A stretch of 64,000 nucleotides of DNA from Candidatus Poribacteria bacterium (GTDB taxonomy: Bacteria > Poribacteria > WGA-4E > WGA-3G), in NCBI GenBank assembly GCA_963663765.2, contig CAXXUA010000013.1:544001-608000 (forward strand), written 5' to 3'. Shown here one piece after another: positions 10,504-20,620 of this stretch. The translations under genes and the position numbers were made by a program. Under the pieces are notes generated by a model. That model made no database searches and had not been told where the DNA came from. It saw nothing but the letters and a program-made list of their open reading frames with translations. How positions within the stretch are numbered: position 1 is the first letter of the stretch; the number at the start of each line of letters is the position of its first letter.

Positions 10504-11127
10504 CTATTTGTGCGTGGTAAAGGACTGAACCAAATCTGATGCCTTTTCAGGATTGATACGACAACGTTCAGCAGATATTATTGTCTGTATTTGTTGTACC
10601 GCTTGTTGTACTTTATCTTCGGGATTGAAAACGTGGTAGTCGTAATGCTTTATATGATTCAACTCGGTTTTTGCGATTTCCAATCTCTTTCTAAGGTCCT
10701 CTTCTGATTCGGTTTTCCTTCCCCGCAGTCTTTTCTCTAAAATAGCATAAGATGGTGGAATAAGAAAAATCAGGATAGTTCTTGCTGTACTCAGGTTCTG
10801 TTTTCGTACTTGTAATGCACCGTTTACCTCAATTTCTAAAATAGTATCTTTCTTCTCTTGGTGTGAGACCTCAATTTCAGATTTGAGAGTTCCGTAGCGG
10901 TTTTTACGGTATTCTGCCCATTCCAAGAAGGCATTCTGTTCTATCTTTTTTTCAAATTCTGCTTTTGATAAGAAATGATAATTGACTCCATCTATTTCAC
11001 CGTGGCGTGCTGTGCGTGTTGTTGCGGATACTGAGAGTCGTAATGTCCCATCTGCTTTACACAATGCCTTAGCGACAGTACTCTTACCACATCCGGACGG
11101 TCCAGAAATAACAATTACTAAATCCAT
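10504..11127 (-). CDS. gmk: guanylate kinase
   Basis: SGPSGCGKST P-loop, SVSATTR..R.GE.DGVNYHF, FLEWAEY...YGT. Confidence 0.97.
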   Translation of the reverse strand: MDLVIVISGPSGCGKSTVAKALCKADGTLRLSVSATTRTARHGEIDGVNYHFLSKAEFEKKIEQNAFLEWAEYRKNRYGTLKSEIEVSHQEKKDTILEIEVNGALQVRKQNLSTARTILIFLIPPSYAILEKRLRGRKTESEEDLRKRLEIAKTELNHIKHYDYHVFNPEDKVQQAVQQIQTIISAERCRINPEKASDLVQSFTTHK

Positions 11128-11132
11128 GAAGA

Positions 11133-11960
11133 CTAAGGTTTACTCCTTGCACAACGAAACCCAAAATAGTTATCTTTAGTATCTGGTTTTCTATGATTGC
11201 GAAGATAGACTCTCAAGCCATATTCAGGATGAGAACCCCAACATCCTCCGCGTATTACACGAAGCGTTGTTACATCTTTAAAATCATTTAATAGATCTGA
11301 TATACTTTTTACACCTGCAATTGGATTTCGTTCTGGTGATTTTTTATTGAAATCTTGTTGATACTCATCAAGACACCATTCTGATGCGTTTCCTACTATA
11401 TCGTAAAGTCCAAATTTGTTCGGTGGATAACTACCAACTGGAGCGGTATATTCATGTCCATCGTCCCGATCATCCACTGCCCAAGCTAATTCTGAGTTCT
11501 TATCCGCAAAATTACAGTGTGTGCTAATAACTTTGTCGTTACCCCATGGGAATGTTTTGTCAACAAGTCCACCGCGTGCAGCTTTTTCCCATTCCGCTTC
11601 TGTTGGAAGACGTTTTCCTACCCATTGGGCATAAGCCATAGCATCATGCCAACTCACACCTACAACAGGGTGTTGATCAGTAGGAGAAAAACGTGAAACC
11701 CAGTCAGGTAAAGGTTCTCTTCCTGTTGCTTTAACAAATTTCTTGTACTGTGCCATCGTGACTTCATACTTATCCATATAGAACGCATCAAGATAAACTT
11801 TATGCACAGGTTTAGTGTCGGAATCACCATCCTTACTTCCCATCTGGAATTCTCCCGCTGGAATCAGCACCATATCATCGGATGAATCTTTAGAACAACC
11901 AGGGAGAAAAATAATAATACCAATAACGACAATGAGTGTTACGGTAGTGATTATTTTCAT
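11133..11960 (-). CDS. formylglycine-generating-enzyme (SUMF1/FGE-sulfatase) domain lipoprotein
   Basis: LPGC lipobox; IPAGEFQMGS, YEVT, RLPTEAEWEKAARGG, GLYDIVGNASEW, RVIRGG, GFRC. Confidence 0.9.
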   Translation of the reverse strand: MKIITTVTLIVVIGIIIFLPGCSKDSSDDMVLIPAGEFQMGSKDGDSDTKPVHKVYLDAFYMDKYEVTMAQYKKFVKATGREPLPDWVSRFSPTDQHPVVGVSWHDAMAYAQWVGKRLPTEAEWEKAARGGLVDKTFPWGNDKVISTHCNFADKNSELAWAVDDRDDGHEYTAPVGSYPPNKFGLYDIVGNASEWCLDEYQQDFNKKSPERNPIAGVKSISDLLNDFKDVTTLRVIRGGCWGSHPEYGLRVYLRNHRKPDTKDNYFGFRCARSKP

Positions 11961-12036
11961 ATTGGATACCTACCTAAAAACGACTTATTCATTGCTTTTT
12001 CTTGCAGTGTGAAAACGTCTATGGATTGAATAAGAA

Positions 12037-12495
12037 CTAATCTGCTGCCTCAGCGAGTTCTAATAGGACAGGGGATTCAACACGGATAGCATCTTTGATG
12101 CAAACCTCTTCGCATAACTTGCAACCAACGCAATCCTTGGGTTTGACTAATTCACAGATTCCAAAGAAACTTTCTGCATGCTCCCCGGTTTCTGGGTCTT
12201 TGAGTTCAAGACATTCCCAAGGGCAAATGTGAACGCAGAAATCGCACCCAGAGCAGAGCTCATCGTAAATAACCGCTATAGGTCTATGTGTCGGACGACG
12301 AATAAATTTGCACACATTCCCGAATTGGTCACGTATAGCTTCTACCGGACAGACCATACCACATGCAGTGCAGTCAATACATATTGTTGGGTCAATGATG
12401 TGCAGCATATTTCGGTCACCGGTAATTGCGTCAACCGGACAGTTTGTCAAACATGCCATGCAACCGATACATTCGTCAGTTATAAAATACGCCAT
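12037..12495 (-). CDS. polyferredoxin with four 4Fe-4S motifs
   Basis: CIGCMACLTNCP, CIDCTACGMVCP, CSGCDFCVHICP, CVGCKLCEEVC; ATG at 12495 with GGAGG RBS. Confidence 0.9.
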   Translation of the reverse strand: MAYFITDECIGCMACLTNCPVDAITGDRNMLHIIDPTICIDCTACGMVCPVEAIRDQFGNVCKFIRRPTHRPIAVIYDELCSGCDFCVHICPWECLELKDPETGEHAESFFGICELVKPKDCVGCKLCEEVCIKDAIRVESPVLLELAEAAD

Positions 12496-12578
12496 TGAAA
12501 CTGTACCTCCTATTCTAATTTTAACACAATGTGTGGTAAATGTCAATTGATATGTTTACAATACCTTCGCCAATAATA

Positions 12579-12938
12579 CAGGATTATTTAGTTTTAAGAG
12601 TTTTCTGTTATTGAGATTTACTGAAAGTTAATACCCAGGTTCGATTTCCTAACCGAACTTTCTGCATCAGTTTTAGATTATTGAAACCTGAACATTGGTC
12701 TTTAGTCCCGTAGGGACGATATGTTTATAGAAAACGAGTGCCCTTCCCAGTTCTTTAGTCCCGTAGGGACGATATGTTTATTCTTCTATGCCGTTCCTAC
12801 GGAACTCAAGAGGAGTAGATAACATTTTTCTATAAGCATATCGTCCCTACGGGACTAAAGACATGGACAAGATGGCAACACATAAAATTAACGTTATAGC
12901 AAATAATCATCAAAAAAACCTAAAACTAAATAACCCTG
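12579..12938. mobile_element. MITE-like element enclosing a CCCGTAGGG palindromic repeat cluster
   Basis: Outer IR CAGGATTATTTAGTTTTA (12579) / TAAAACTAAATAACCCTG (ends 12938); inner long IR 12698-12734 / 12826-12862 plus extra copies at ~12752 and ~12789. Confidence 0.6.
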
Positions 12939-13196
12939 TTATTCAGGGGTGTGTGAAGTTTTTGCATGGTGTTATCTGAATTGTTGGGTTTGTCAGAATC
13001 ACGGGACACGTGGTTGATACGGATGACGCGGATGATGTTCCCGCAATATATCGTATAGCAGAAGACAAGTGATTTCTAATCAAGATGATTCGTGGCAGTG
13101 GTTTTATCCGCGAAATCAGATGAATGCCTAAATAGCATTCATGCCGTTGATTTAGTTACTACAATGCGGTGGGTGTTTCAGCACAAAGAATTGAGG

Positions 13197-13225
13197 TTGA
13201 CGAGAAGAGTAACATCATGTAAAAT
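13197..13225 (+). promoter_or_regulatory. sigma70-type promoter of the WD40 gene
   Basis: TTGACG-17 nt-TAAAAT. Confidence 0.55.
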
Positions 13226-13268
13226 CTGTACAGTATCACCACCTATTTCGTAAAAGGAACAAACACAC

Positions 13269-15131
13269 ATGAAACATTTATTATTTTCCCTCTTGATTAC
13301 CCTTGCGATAGCTTTAACAAACGTATATACAACGTTTGCACAAGACTACAGAACAATGAGTTTGCCCAAATGTGTGAAAGACCGTCTCGGAAAAGGCACA
13401 GTCAATCAGATAAATTATTCACCTGAGGGCACCAAACTGGCTGTGGCAAGTAACATCGGTATTTGGATTTATGATGTACAGACAGGGGAAGAACTCGATC
13501 TCTACACGGGACATAAGAGTGAAGTCTACAGCGTTGTGTTCAGTCCGGATGGGAAAACACTTGCAAGTGGAAATCGGGACGGAACCGCCGGCTTGTGGGA
13601 CGCGAACACGGGTGCCCTTATTAAAACACTTGCGAGAAAAAGAGGTCCGGTTTTCAGGGTCGCATTCAGTCCAGATGGACAAACAATTGCATGTGCAAGT
13701 GGGAGTAGCACAATCCGCTTGTGGAATCCCAACACGGACGAAGACACACAGTGGCTATCCGGGGGACATACGGCATTTATCTTGAGCGTTGAGTTCAGTC
13801 CGGACGGGAAAAGACTTGCGATTGTGTTTGAGGACGACACGGTTCGGTTGATGGCAAACACAGGCGAACTTATAAAAACAATCACAGGACATACGAGTGG
13901 CGTAAACTGCGTTGCATTCAGTCCGGATAGCACGACACTCACAACTGTAACTCAATACAAAGGGATTCACTTTTGGAACACTCTAACGGGTGAACACCTA
14001 AAGACAATCACCGGACATACGAGTCGGGTCTGTAGTATCGCATTCAGTACAGATGGAAAAACGATCATAAGTGGCAATAGTGACGAAAATATCTACTTTT
14101 GGAACGCCCAAACGGGTGCGCATCTAAAGACAATCACTGGACATAAGGGTTGGGTCGGTAGCATTGTGTTTTCTCCAGATGGAAAAACGATCACAAGTGC
14201 GGGTAGTTACGGTCCGATCAGTTTTTGGAATACAAAAACGGGTGAACATCTAAAGACAATCACCGGACATACGAGTCCGGTCTATAGTATCGCATTCAGT
14301 CCAGATGGAAAAACGATCGTAAGTGGCAATAGTGACGAAAACATCCACTTTTGGAACGTCCAAAAGGGTGCACATCTAAAGACACTTGAAGGACATACGG
14401 ATTGGCGGGTATCAAGTGTTGTGTTCAGTCCGGATGGCAAAACAGTCGCTAGTGGAGGTTTGGACAAGACCGCCCTTTTATGGAACACAAACACGGGGAC
14501 ACTTACGCATACACTATCGGGACATACGAGTTTTGTTTTTACCGTAGCGTTCAGTTTCGATGGGAACACCCTCGTCAGTGGATGTTCGGACGGTACGATT
14601 CGGTTGTGGAACGTTGACACGGGAGAACAGATACGACAGCTTACAGGACATACGGAATCGGTAAACAGCGTTGCATTCAGTCCAAATGAAGATACGGTTG
14701 TAAGTGGAAGTTCGGATAAAACCATCCGCTTGTGGAACGCAAACACGGGTGCGCTTATCAACACCCTCTTTGGGCACATAGATCCGGTCACTTGCGTTGC
14801 TTTCAGTCCAGATGGGAACATGCTCGCGAGTGGGAGTGGGAGAAGGAATTATTTCATCCACTTGTGGGATCCGTTCACAGGAGCACATATAAAAACACTA
14901 TCGGGACATACGAGTCCGGTTAGAAGCATTACGTTTTCTCCGGATAGCAAAACAATCGCCAGTGGGGCTGAGGACAATACTGTCCGTTTGTGGAATGCAA
15001 ATACAGGTGCGCATTTTCACACACTATCGGGACATACGGGTGCTGTCTATGGTGTTGCGTTCAGTCCGGATGGTAAGACAATTGCGAGTGGAAGTGGGGA
15101 TGGCATCGTGTTGCTGTGGGAAACCCCATAG
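13269..15131 (+). CDS. secreted WD40-repeat protein
   Basis: Signal peptide ending TFAQ; about 14 repeats GH...V..VAFSPDG..LASGS.D..IRLW. Confidence 0.92.
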   Translation: MKHLLFSLLITLAIALTNVYTTFAQDYRTMSLPKCVKDRLGKGTVNQINYSPEGTKLAVASNIGIWIYDVQTGEELDLYTGHKSEVYSVVFSPDGKTLASGNRDGTAGLWDANTGALIKTLARKRGPVFRVAFSPDGQTIACASGSSTIRLWNPNTDEDTQWLSGGHTAFILSVEFSPDGKRLAIVFEDDTVRLMANTGELIKTITGHTSGVNCVAFSPDSTTLTTVTQYKGIHFWNTLTGEHLKTITGHTSRVCSIAFSTDGKTIISGNSDENIYFWNAQTGAHLKTITGHKGWVGSIVFSPDGKTITSAGSYGPISFWNTKTGEHLKTITGHTSPVYSIAFSPDGKTIVSGNSDENIHFWNVQKGAHLKTLEGHTDWRVSSVVFSPDGKTVASGGLDKTALLWNTNTGTLTHTLSGHTSFVFTVAFSFDGNTLVSGCSDGTIRLWNVDTGEQIRQLTGHTESVNSVAFSPNEDTVVSGSSDKTIRLWNANTGALINTLFGHIDPVTCVAFSPDGNMLASGSGRRNYFIHLWDPFTGAHIKTLSGHTSPVRSITFSPDSKTIASGAEDNTVRLWNANTGAHFHTLSGHTGAVYGVAFSPDGKTIASGSGDGIVLLWETP

Positions 15132-15170
15132 CTGTCAATTTTTAGTATAATCTATAATTACTTGGACACG

Positions 15171-15204
15171 ACGGTAGGTTCGGTTAGGAAACCAAACCTA
15201 CCGT
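15171..15204. repeat. GTAG-type REP hairpin
   Basis: ACGGTAGGTTCGGTT-AGGA-AACCAAACCTACCGT; its left flank AATCTATAATTACTTGGACAC recurs inverted at ~39425-39445. Confidence 0.6.
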
Positions 15205-15410
15205 TGGAAAAAGATAAATTCCGTTAAGTTGGTATTAGACATCTATACTTAATCGTAATCCATAGATAACGCTTATCCTAAGCAGTACGAACTCAAAATA
15301 ATGTCTTATCCGCGAAATCTGCGAAATCCGTGTTATCCGAGATTCCGTACACACCCCGTGATTCAGACAAACTCCATTACAAACTTTACATACACAACAT
15401 AATATTCCAA

Positions 15411-15439
15411 TTGACATTCACATGTATATTTGTTAGAAT
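15411..15439 (+). promoter_or_regulatory. sigma70-type promoter of the TPR gene
   Basis: TTGACA-17 nt-TAGAAT. Confidence 0.6.
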
Positions 15440-15466
15440 ATACCCAAAACTCATTAGGAAGAGATT

Positions 15467-15784
15467 ATGCCAACACAAGAAGAACTTTACGATGTTGCAC
15501 TCACACATTTCGCAGATAATGATCTTGAGGCTGCTGTTAACGCCTTTAAGGAACTGATTGAAACATACCCGAATTATATTGAGGGGTATCTTGGACTTGG
15601 TCATGCGTATGAAAGGTTAAGCCAATACGATGAAGCAATTGAAGCAGTTGAAATAGCAATTGAAATCAATCCAGACGATCCTCTTGTTTATACCAGTTTG
15701 TCTATGTGCTACCAGCGGAAAGGGATGATTCAGGAAGCGGAAGATGCGATGGCGAAATCGCAAGAACTTCAATTGAAAAAATAA
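15467..15784 (+). CDS. small tetratricopeptide-repeat protein
   Basis: GYLGLGHAYERLSQYDEAIEAVEIAIEINPDD and VYTSLSMCYQRKGMIQEAE TPR pattern. Confidence 0.85.
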   Translation: MPTQEELYDVALTHFADNDLEAAVNAFKELIETYPNYIEGYLGLGHAYERLSQYDEAIEAVEIAIEINPDDPLVYTSLSMCYQRKGMIQEAEDAMAKSQELQLKK

Positions 15785-15878
15785 CATCTTCCGTATAATA
15801 ACGCAAGTTGCTACCTATAAGGTTTAGACGAATAAACACCGTTTTTTATAGAGTATAATACACTTTTCGGTAGTATTT

Positions 15879-15935
15879 GTAGCACAAACTTTTAGTTTGT
15901 GCATCTTTATGACGCAAACTAAAAGTTTGCGCTAC
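15879..15935. repeat. GTAG-type REP doublet
   Basis: GTAGCACAAACTTTTAGTTTGTGC ... GCAAACTAAAAGTTTGCGCTAC, between convergent genes; weak outer IR 15836/15980. Confidence 0.7.
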
Positions 15936-16069
15936 AAAATATATGCTATTTATCAGCACTTTTTTGATAATAGATGGTGTTTCTAGGTCTAATTATTGTA
16001 GGTAGCAACATGGGTTATAATAGTAATTTCAATTGCTACCTTCCACATTGTTATGTTTGTTGTGAACAT

Positions 16070-18652
16070 TTATTTCATGCTGAAAGCGAACTCTCCATCA
16101 GTGAAATCTACAGCAATTGCATCACCATCTTGAAATTTGCCTTCAAGTATGTCAATAGCCATCGGGTTGAGTATGTCACGCTGAAGTATGCGGCGAAGGG
16201 GTCTTGCACCATACACCACATCAAACCCACGGTTGACCAATTCAGTCTTTGCTGAGTCGTTAAGAGTGAGGGTCATATCTTTTTCAGCAAATCGTGCACT
16301 TAACTTGATGAGTTCAAGCGTTACAATCTGTTTCAATTCCTCAATTCCGAGACGATCAAAGATGATGAGATCATCAACACGGTTCAGGAATTCTGGGGGA
16401 AAATGTGATTGCAAAGCGTCCATCACTTTTCTCCGTATTTCATCGCTTGCGAGATGCGATTCACTAATCCACTGACTACCGATGTTTGATGTCATGATAA
16501 CGACCGTATTCTTGAAGTCCACCGTACGTCCTTGTCCATCTGTCATTCTGCCATCATCAAGCATTTGGAGTAAGACATTGAACACCTCTGGGTGTGCCTT
16601 TTCAACTTCATCAAGTAGAATAACGCAGTAGGGATGTCGTCTGACAGCCTCTGTTAGCTGCCCACCTTCGTCGTAACCAACATAGCCTGGTGGTGCACCG
16701 ATTAGTCGTGAGACGGTATGTTTCTCCATGTATTCGCTCATGTCAATTCGAACCATAGCGTTGACATCGTCGAACAGGAATTCGGCGAGGGATTTTGCAA
16801 GGTGTGTTTTGCCGACACCCGTTGGTCCCATAAACAGGAACGAACCGAGCGGTTGTTCAGGATCACCGAGTCCTACGCGTGAACGTCTAATGGCGTTGGA
16901 TACAGCCGAAACCGCTTCGTCTTGTCCGATGACCTGTTCACGCAAACGTTCTTCCATGTGAAGCAACTTTTGTGTTTCACCTTCCAGAAGTCTATAAACA
17001 GGAATACCTGTCCATTTCGCGACGATCTCAGCAATATCTTCTGCACTCACGTGTTCTTTTAACATTTGTGTACCGTTAGTTTCTGCTTCAACCGTATCTC
17101 GTAAGGTTTTGAGTTCAATCTCAAGTGCTGGGATTTTCCCATATTCAAGTTCGGAAGCTTTTGCCAGATTGCCAGTTCGTTTTGCTTGTTCGGATTCAAA
17201 ACGTAGTGTTTCAATCTGTTCCATTAGTTCTCGAATTTGGTCCAGATTTGCTTTCTCAATTTGCCAACCTGCTTTGAGTGCGTTTGCTTTCTCTTTGAGT
17301 TCAGCGAGTTCAAGATTTAGTTTTGTTAACCGTTGTTTTGACGCGTCGTCTTCTTCTTTCTCTAAAGCTTGCTGTTCAATTTGCAGTTGTATGATTCTGC
17401 GTTCTACTTCATCAATGACCTCTGGCACGCTGTCAATTTCGATCCGCAGCCTTGAAGCAGCTTCGTCAACTAAATCAACCGCTTTATCAGGCAGAAAACG
17501 ATCAGAGATATACCGTTTAGAGAGTGTGGCAGCAGCGACAATAGCGTTGTCCTGTATATGAACACCGTGATGTGTCTCATACCGTTCCTTTAATCCACGC
17601 AGAATGGCGATTGTCCCTTCAACAGAGGGTTCTTGTACAAGAACGGGTTGGAATCTGCGTTCAAGTGCAGCGTCTTTTTCAATGTGTTTGCGGTATTCAT
17701 CAATTGTTGTCGCACCGATGCATCGTAGTTCACCGCGTGCTAATGCAGGTTTCAACATATTAGATGCGTCCACTGCACCTTCGGCAGCACCTGCCCCCAC
17801 AATGGTATGGAGTTCGTCAATAAAGAGTACCACTTGCCCTTCCGCTTGTTCCACATCAGCGAGAACTGCTTTCAGTCTATCTTCAAATTCACCCCGATAT
17901 TTGCTTCCTGCAATGAGCGCGCCTAAGTCCAGCGCGATTAGTCGTTTTTCACGTAAACTTTCAGGTACGTCCCCATCCGCGATACGTTGTGCTAACCCTT
18001 CTACAATTGCGGTTTTGCCTACACCGGGTTCTCCGATAAGTACTGGGTTGTTTTTTCGTCTACGAGATAGTACTTGCATCACACGTCGAATTTCATCATC
18101 TCTACCGATAACAGGATCAAGTTTGCCGGACATCGCTTCTTGTGTAAGTTCGCGACCGAAGCGGGTAAGTGCTTGGTATTTGTCTTCAGGATTTTGATCT
18201 GTAATTCTTTGATTCCCGCGAATGTCTACAAGTGCTTTGAGGATTTTATCTTTTGTCACGCCAGCATCGCGCAGTATCTTGCCAACTTTGTCCTGCTTGG
18301 ACTCAGCAAATGCTATGAGAAGATGTTCTGTACTAACATATTCATCTTTGAGCGCGGTTGCTTCTTTGAGAGCAATTTCAAGAACGGATTGCAGTGCTAT
18401 TGAAATGCGTACATCCGAACTTGAACCTTGTACTTTAGGGGAACTCTGTAGTAAATCTTCAAGGGTAGCTATGATACCTTGAGTATCAGCCCCTAACTTT
18501 TGAAAAATAGGTGTGACAATCCCATCTGTCTGATTTATGAGGGTCAGCATGAGATGTTCAGTACTTAGTTCTGGATTCTGTTCTTCGCTTGCTAAAGACT
18601 GTGCTGTATGTAATGCTTCTTGTGCTTTTATTGTAAATTTATCTAATCTCAT
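16070..18652 (-). CDS. clpB: ATP-dependent chaperone ClpB
   Basis: [15 protein letters not shown]-domain, two AAA modules (GEPGVGKT; GPTGVGKT), coiled-coil middle domain, GAPPGYVGY. Confidence 0.97.
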   Translation of the reverse strand: MRLDKFTIKAQEALHTAQSLASEEQNPELSTEHLMLTLINQTDGIVTPIFQKLGADTQGIIATLEDLLQSSPKVQGSSSDVRISIALQSVLEIALKEATALKDEYVSTEHLLIAFAESKQDKVGKILRDAGVTKDKILKALVDIRGNQRITDQNPEDKYQALTRFGRELTQEAMSGKLDPVIGRDDEIRRVMQVLSRRRKNNPVLIGEPGVGKTAIVEGLAQRIADGDVPESLREKRLIALDLGALIAGSKYRGEFEDRLKAVLADVEQAEGQVVLFIDELHTIVGAGAAEGAVDASNMLKPALARGELRCIGATTIDEYRKHIEKDAALERRFQPVLVQEPSVEGTIAILRGLKERYETHHGVHIQDNAIVAAATLSKRYISDRFLPDKAVDLVDEAASRLRIEIDSVPEVIDEVERRIIQLQIEQQALEKEEDDASKQRLTKLNLELAELKEKANALKAGWQIEKANLDQIRELMEQIETLRFESEQAKRTGNLAKASELEYGKIPALEIELKTLRDTVEAETNGTQMLKEHVSAEDIAEIVAKWTGIPVYRLLEGETQKLLHMEERLREQVIGQDEAVSAVSNAIRRSRVGLGDPEQPLGSFLFMGPTGVGKTHLAKSLAEFLFDDVNAMVRIDMSEYMEKHTVSRLIGAPPGYVGYDEGGQLTEAVRRHPYCVILLDEVEKAHPEVFNVLLQMLDDGRMTDGQGRTVDFKNTVVIMTSNIGSQWISESHLASDEIRRKVMDALQSHFPPEFLNRVDDLIIFDRLGIEELKQIVTLELIKLSARFAEKDMTLTLNDSAKTELVNRGFDVVYGARPLRRILQRDILNPMAIDILEGKFQDGDAIAVDFTDGEFAFSMK

Positions 18653-18689
18653 TTTATGTTCTCCTTGGTAGACTATTTTATTGACTTAA

Positions 18690-18706
18690 AGCAAAAACAG
18701 TGCCAA
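18690..18706 (-). promoter_or_regulatory. sigma54 (RpoN) -24/-12 promoter of clpB
   Basis: Minus strand TTGGCACTGTTTTTGCT matches TGGCAC-N5-TTGCW. Confidence 0.7.
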
Positions 18707-18814
18707 TGTATAATATGGAGAATGCGAGTTTTATTGGAATGTTCCTAAAGAAACTATGTCAGAATATTACGTTAAAACACCAATTTTGACACGATCTGCG
18801 CCATTTTGGCAAAA

Positions 18815-18850
18815 ATAAAACACGGTAGCAGGATAACTACCGTGTTTTAT
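18815..18850. terminator. intrinsic terminator hairpin downstream of the LamG pair
   Basis: Perfect 14-bp stem ATAAAACACGGTAG / CTACCGTGTTTTAT with A/T tails on both sides. Confidence 0.75.
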
Positions 18851-18881
18851 AAATAGACAGTTCTATGTAGAAACAGATATT

Positions 18882-19733
18882 TTATTGTGTCATACGTTGA
18901 TTTTTGAGTGAACCCCATGTCGTGGTATACTTGTCTTGGGCTTCCACACTTGTTGCAGACTGGATTATTTCTGCATATTCACCGAAGTCTGCAGCATCAA
19001 ACGCAGAATTATAGATTTCTACTTCATCAATTACACCGCCAAAGAAGTGCATATTGGAACCTGTACCATCTTCATCATGGAAAAAAGTATCACCGTTCAT
19101 ATGTGCAATACCGTTATCTGCAGCGTGTGCAAAGACTTGTCCACCCGGTTCACTGACAACCATTTCGCCATCAAGCCACATCTCAAATTTACCCGCTTCA
19201 ACAGCGTTAGTACCATCCCTAATCACCATTGCTACATGATACCATCTCTCAGAATCGATATCCACCGATGGCCAAGCCCCTGGCCAGTTGTATTCAGCAC
19301 GGTTCCAAGCAGCGACATAAACTTTACTCTCAAAAACGTAGAGTACCATACCCCGTGTACGTCCACCCTCTTCAAATATAATCTGTTTCTTCGCAGGGAT
19401 ACTTGCATCATCACATTTGAAGAATGCTATAATAGTGCGATTCGTAAACGGACCACCTGTATTGATACCTTCTTCATCGGGTAATTTGATACCTTGCGTT
19501 TCACCGTCAAAATGCAATGCTTTTCCGACTATACCATCAACAACAGTCGGTTCACCAAAGAATGTACCATTGACATCATTTCCAGAAGAATCAATGACAT
19601 CAAAAGCGTCTGCTTCTGAAGGTTCTTCATCAAAATTCCAAATGGCTTTAACGGTGGCTGCATCTTTTGCTGCGAAACTTGTTATTGTTACAAGCATAAG
19701 CAATACACATAAAATAGAAATAAACTTAACCAT
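18882..19733 (-). CDS. secreted LamG/concanavalin-like domain protein
   Basis: Signal peptide; WNFDE, GKALHFDG, WYHVA, FGGVIDEVEIYN; C-terminal SVEAQDKYTTTWGSLK. Confidence 0.88.
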   Translation of the reverse strand: MVKFISILCVLLMLVTITSFAAKDAATVKAIWNFDEEPSEADAFDVIDSSGNDVNGTFFGEPTVVDGIVGKALHFDGETQGIKLPDEEGINTGGPFTNRTIIAFFKCDDASIPAKKQIIFEEGGRTRGMVLYVFESKVYVAAWNRAEYNWPGAWPSVDIDSERWYHVAMVIRDGTNAVEAGKFEMWLDGEMVVSEPGGQVFAHAADNGIAHMNGDTFFHDEDGTGSNMHFFGGVIDEVEIYNSAFDAADFGEYAEIIQSATSVEAQDKYTTTWGSLKNQRMTQ

Positions 19734-19771
19734 TGAAAAATCTCCTTACTTTGAAGTAATAGTTTGTTTAA

Positions 19772-20620
19772 TTATTGGACTCTTTTCGTTTTTAAATTTG
19801 CCCAGGTTGTTGTAAATTTTCCTTGTGGTTCAACACTTAAGGGCTGCGCGAGCTCTGCAATGTCAGAACGATTAAAAGCTGAACTATAGACTAAGACTTC
19901 ATCAATTAACCCGCCAAAATAATCAATGTTGGAACCAGCACCACCATTGTCATGGTAGACTGCATTTTGGTTGACAAAACCAATGCCGTTGTCATCTGCG
20001 TGTGCAAAAAGTTGACCACCATCGGCAGTTTCAACCAGTTTTCCGTCTAACCAGAATTCTAGCTTATCTTTTTCTACAGCATTAGCCCCATTTCTGATGA
20101 TGAGAGCAACATGATACCAAGTCTTTGAATTTATGTCAGCGGATAACCATGCACCTTGCCAGTTTATCACTTCTGCCCGGTTCCATGCTCCAATATAGAT
20201 TTTACCATCAAAAACATATACCACTAACCCCCGTGTTCGACCACCTTCGTCAAAAATTACCTGTTTCTGTCCTTTGTTGACATCATCGCAATTGAATAGT
20301 GCTGCGATTGTTTTATTGGGAAATGGTCCACCGGTATTGATTCTGTTGGAATCGGGGATCTTTATACCGTCACTCTCGCCGTTGAATTTTAATGCTTTTC
20401 CTGCAATACTATTAACAAAATCTGGTGCGCCAACAATTACGCCATTTAATTTCTGATTTGAAGTGTCATTGACAGTACCATCGTCAAAGGTCCATATTCC
20501 TGCGACTGTGTTTTCATCACGTTGTGCTTCTGAAGGACTTGCGATAATAAACACAAATTGCAGCAAAGCGAAAATGCAAAATGTTTTTAAGATTCTATCC
20601 TTTGTCAGTTTTTGAAACAT
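19772..20620 (-). CDS. secreted LamG/concanavalin-like domain protein (tandem paralog)
   Basis: WTFDD, GKALKFNG, WYHVA, FGGLIDEVLVY; C-terminal SVEPQGKFTTTWANLK; shares INTGGPF, EGGRTRG, FAHA.DNGI with its neighbour. Confidence 0.88.
   Translation of the reverse strand: MFQKLTKDRILKTFCIFALLQFVFIIASPSEAQRDENTVAGIWTFDDGTVNDTSNQKLNGVIVGAPDFVNSIAGKALKFNGESDGIKIPDSNRINTGGPFPNKTIAALFNCDDVNKGQKQVIFDEGGRTRGLVVYVFDGKIYIGAWNRAEVINWQGAWLSADINSKTWYHVALIIRNGANAVEKDKLEFWLDGKLVETADGGQLFAHADDNGIGFVNQNAVYHDNGGAGSNIDYFGGLIDEVLVYSSAFNRSDIAELAQPLSVEPQGKFTTTWANLKTKRVQ

Noticed and set aside
11133-11960. Diversity-generating retroelement target (FGE/C-type-lectin fold)
   Set aside because: No reverse transcriptase and no adenine-variant template repeat seen in the window; a remote DGR cannot be excluded
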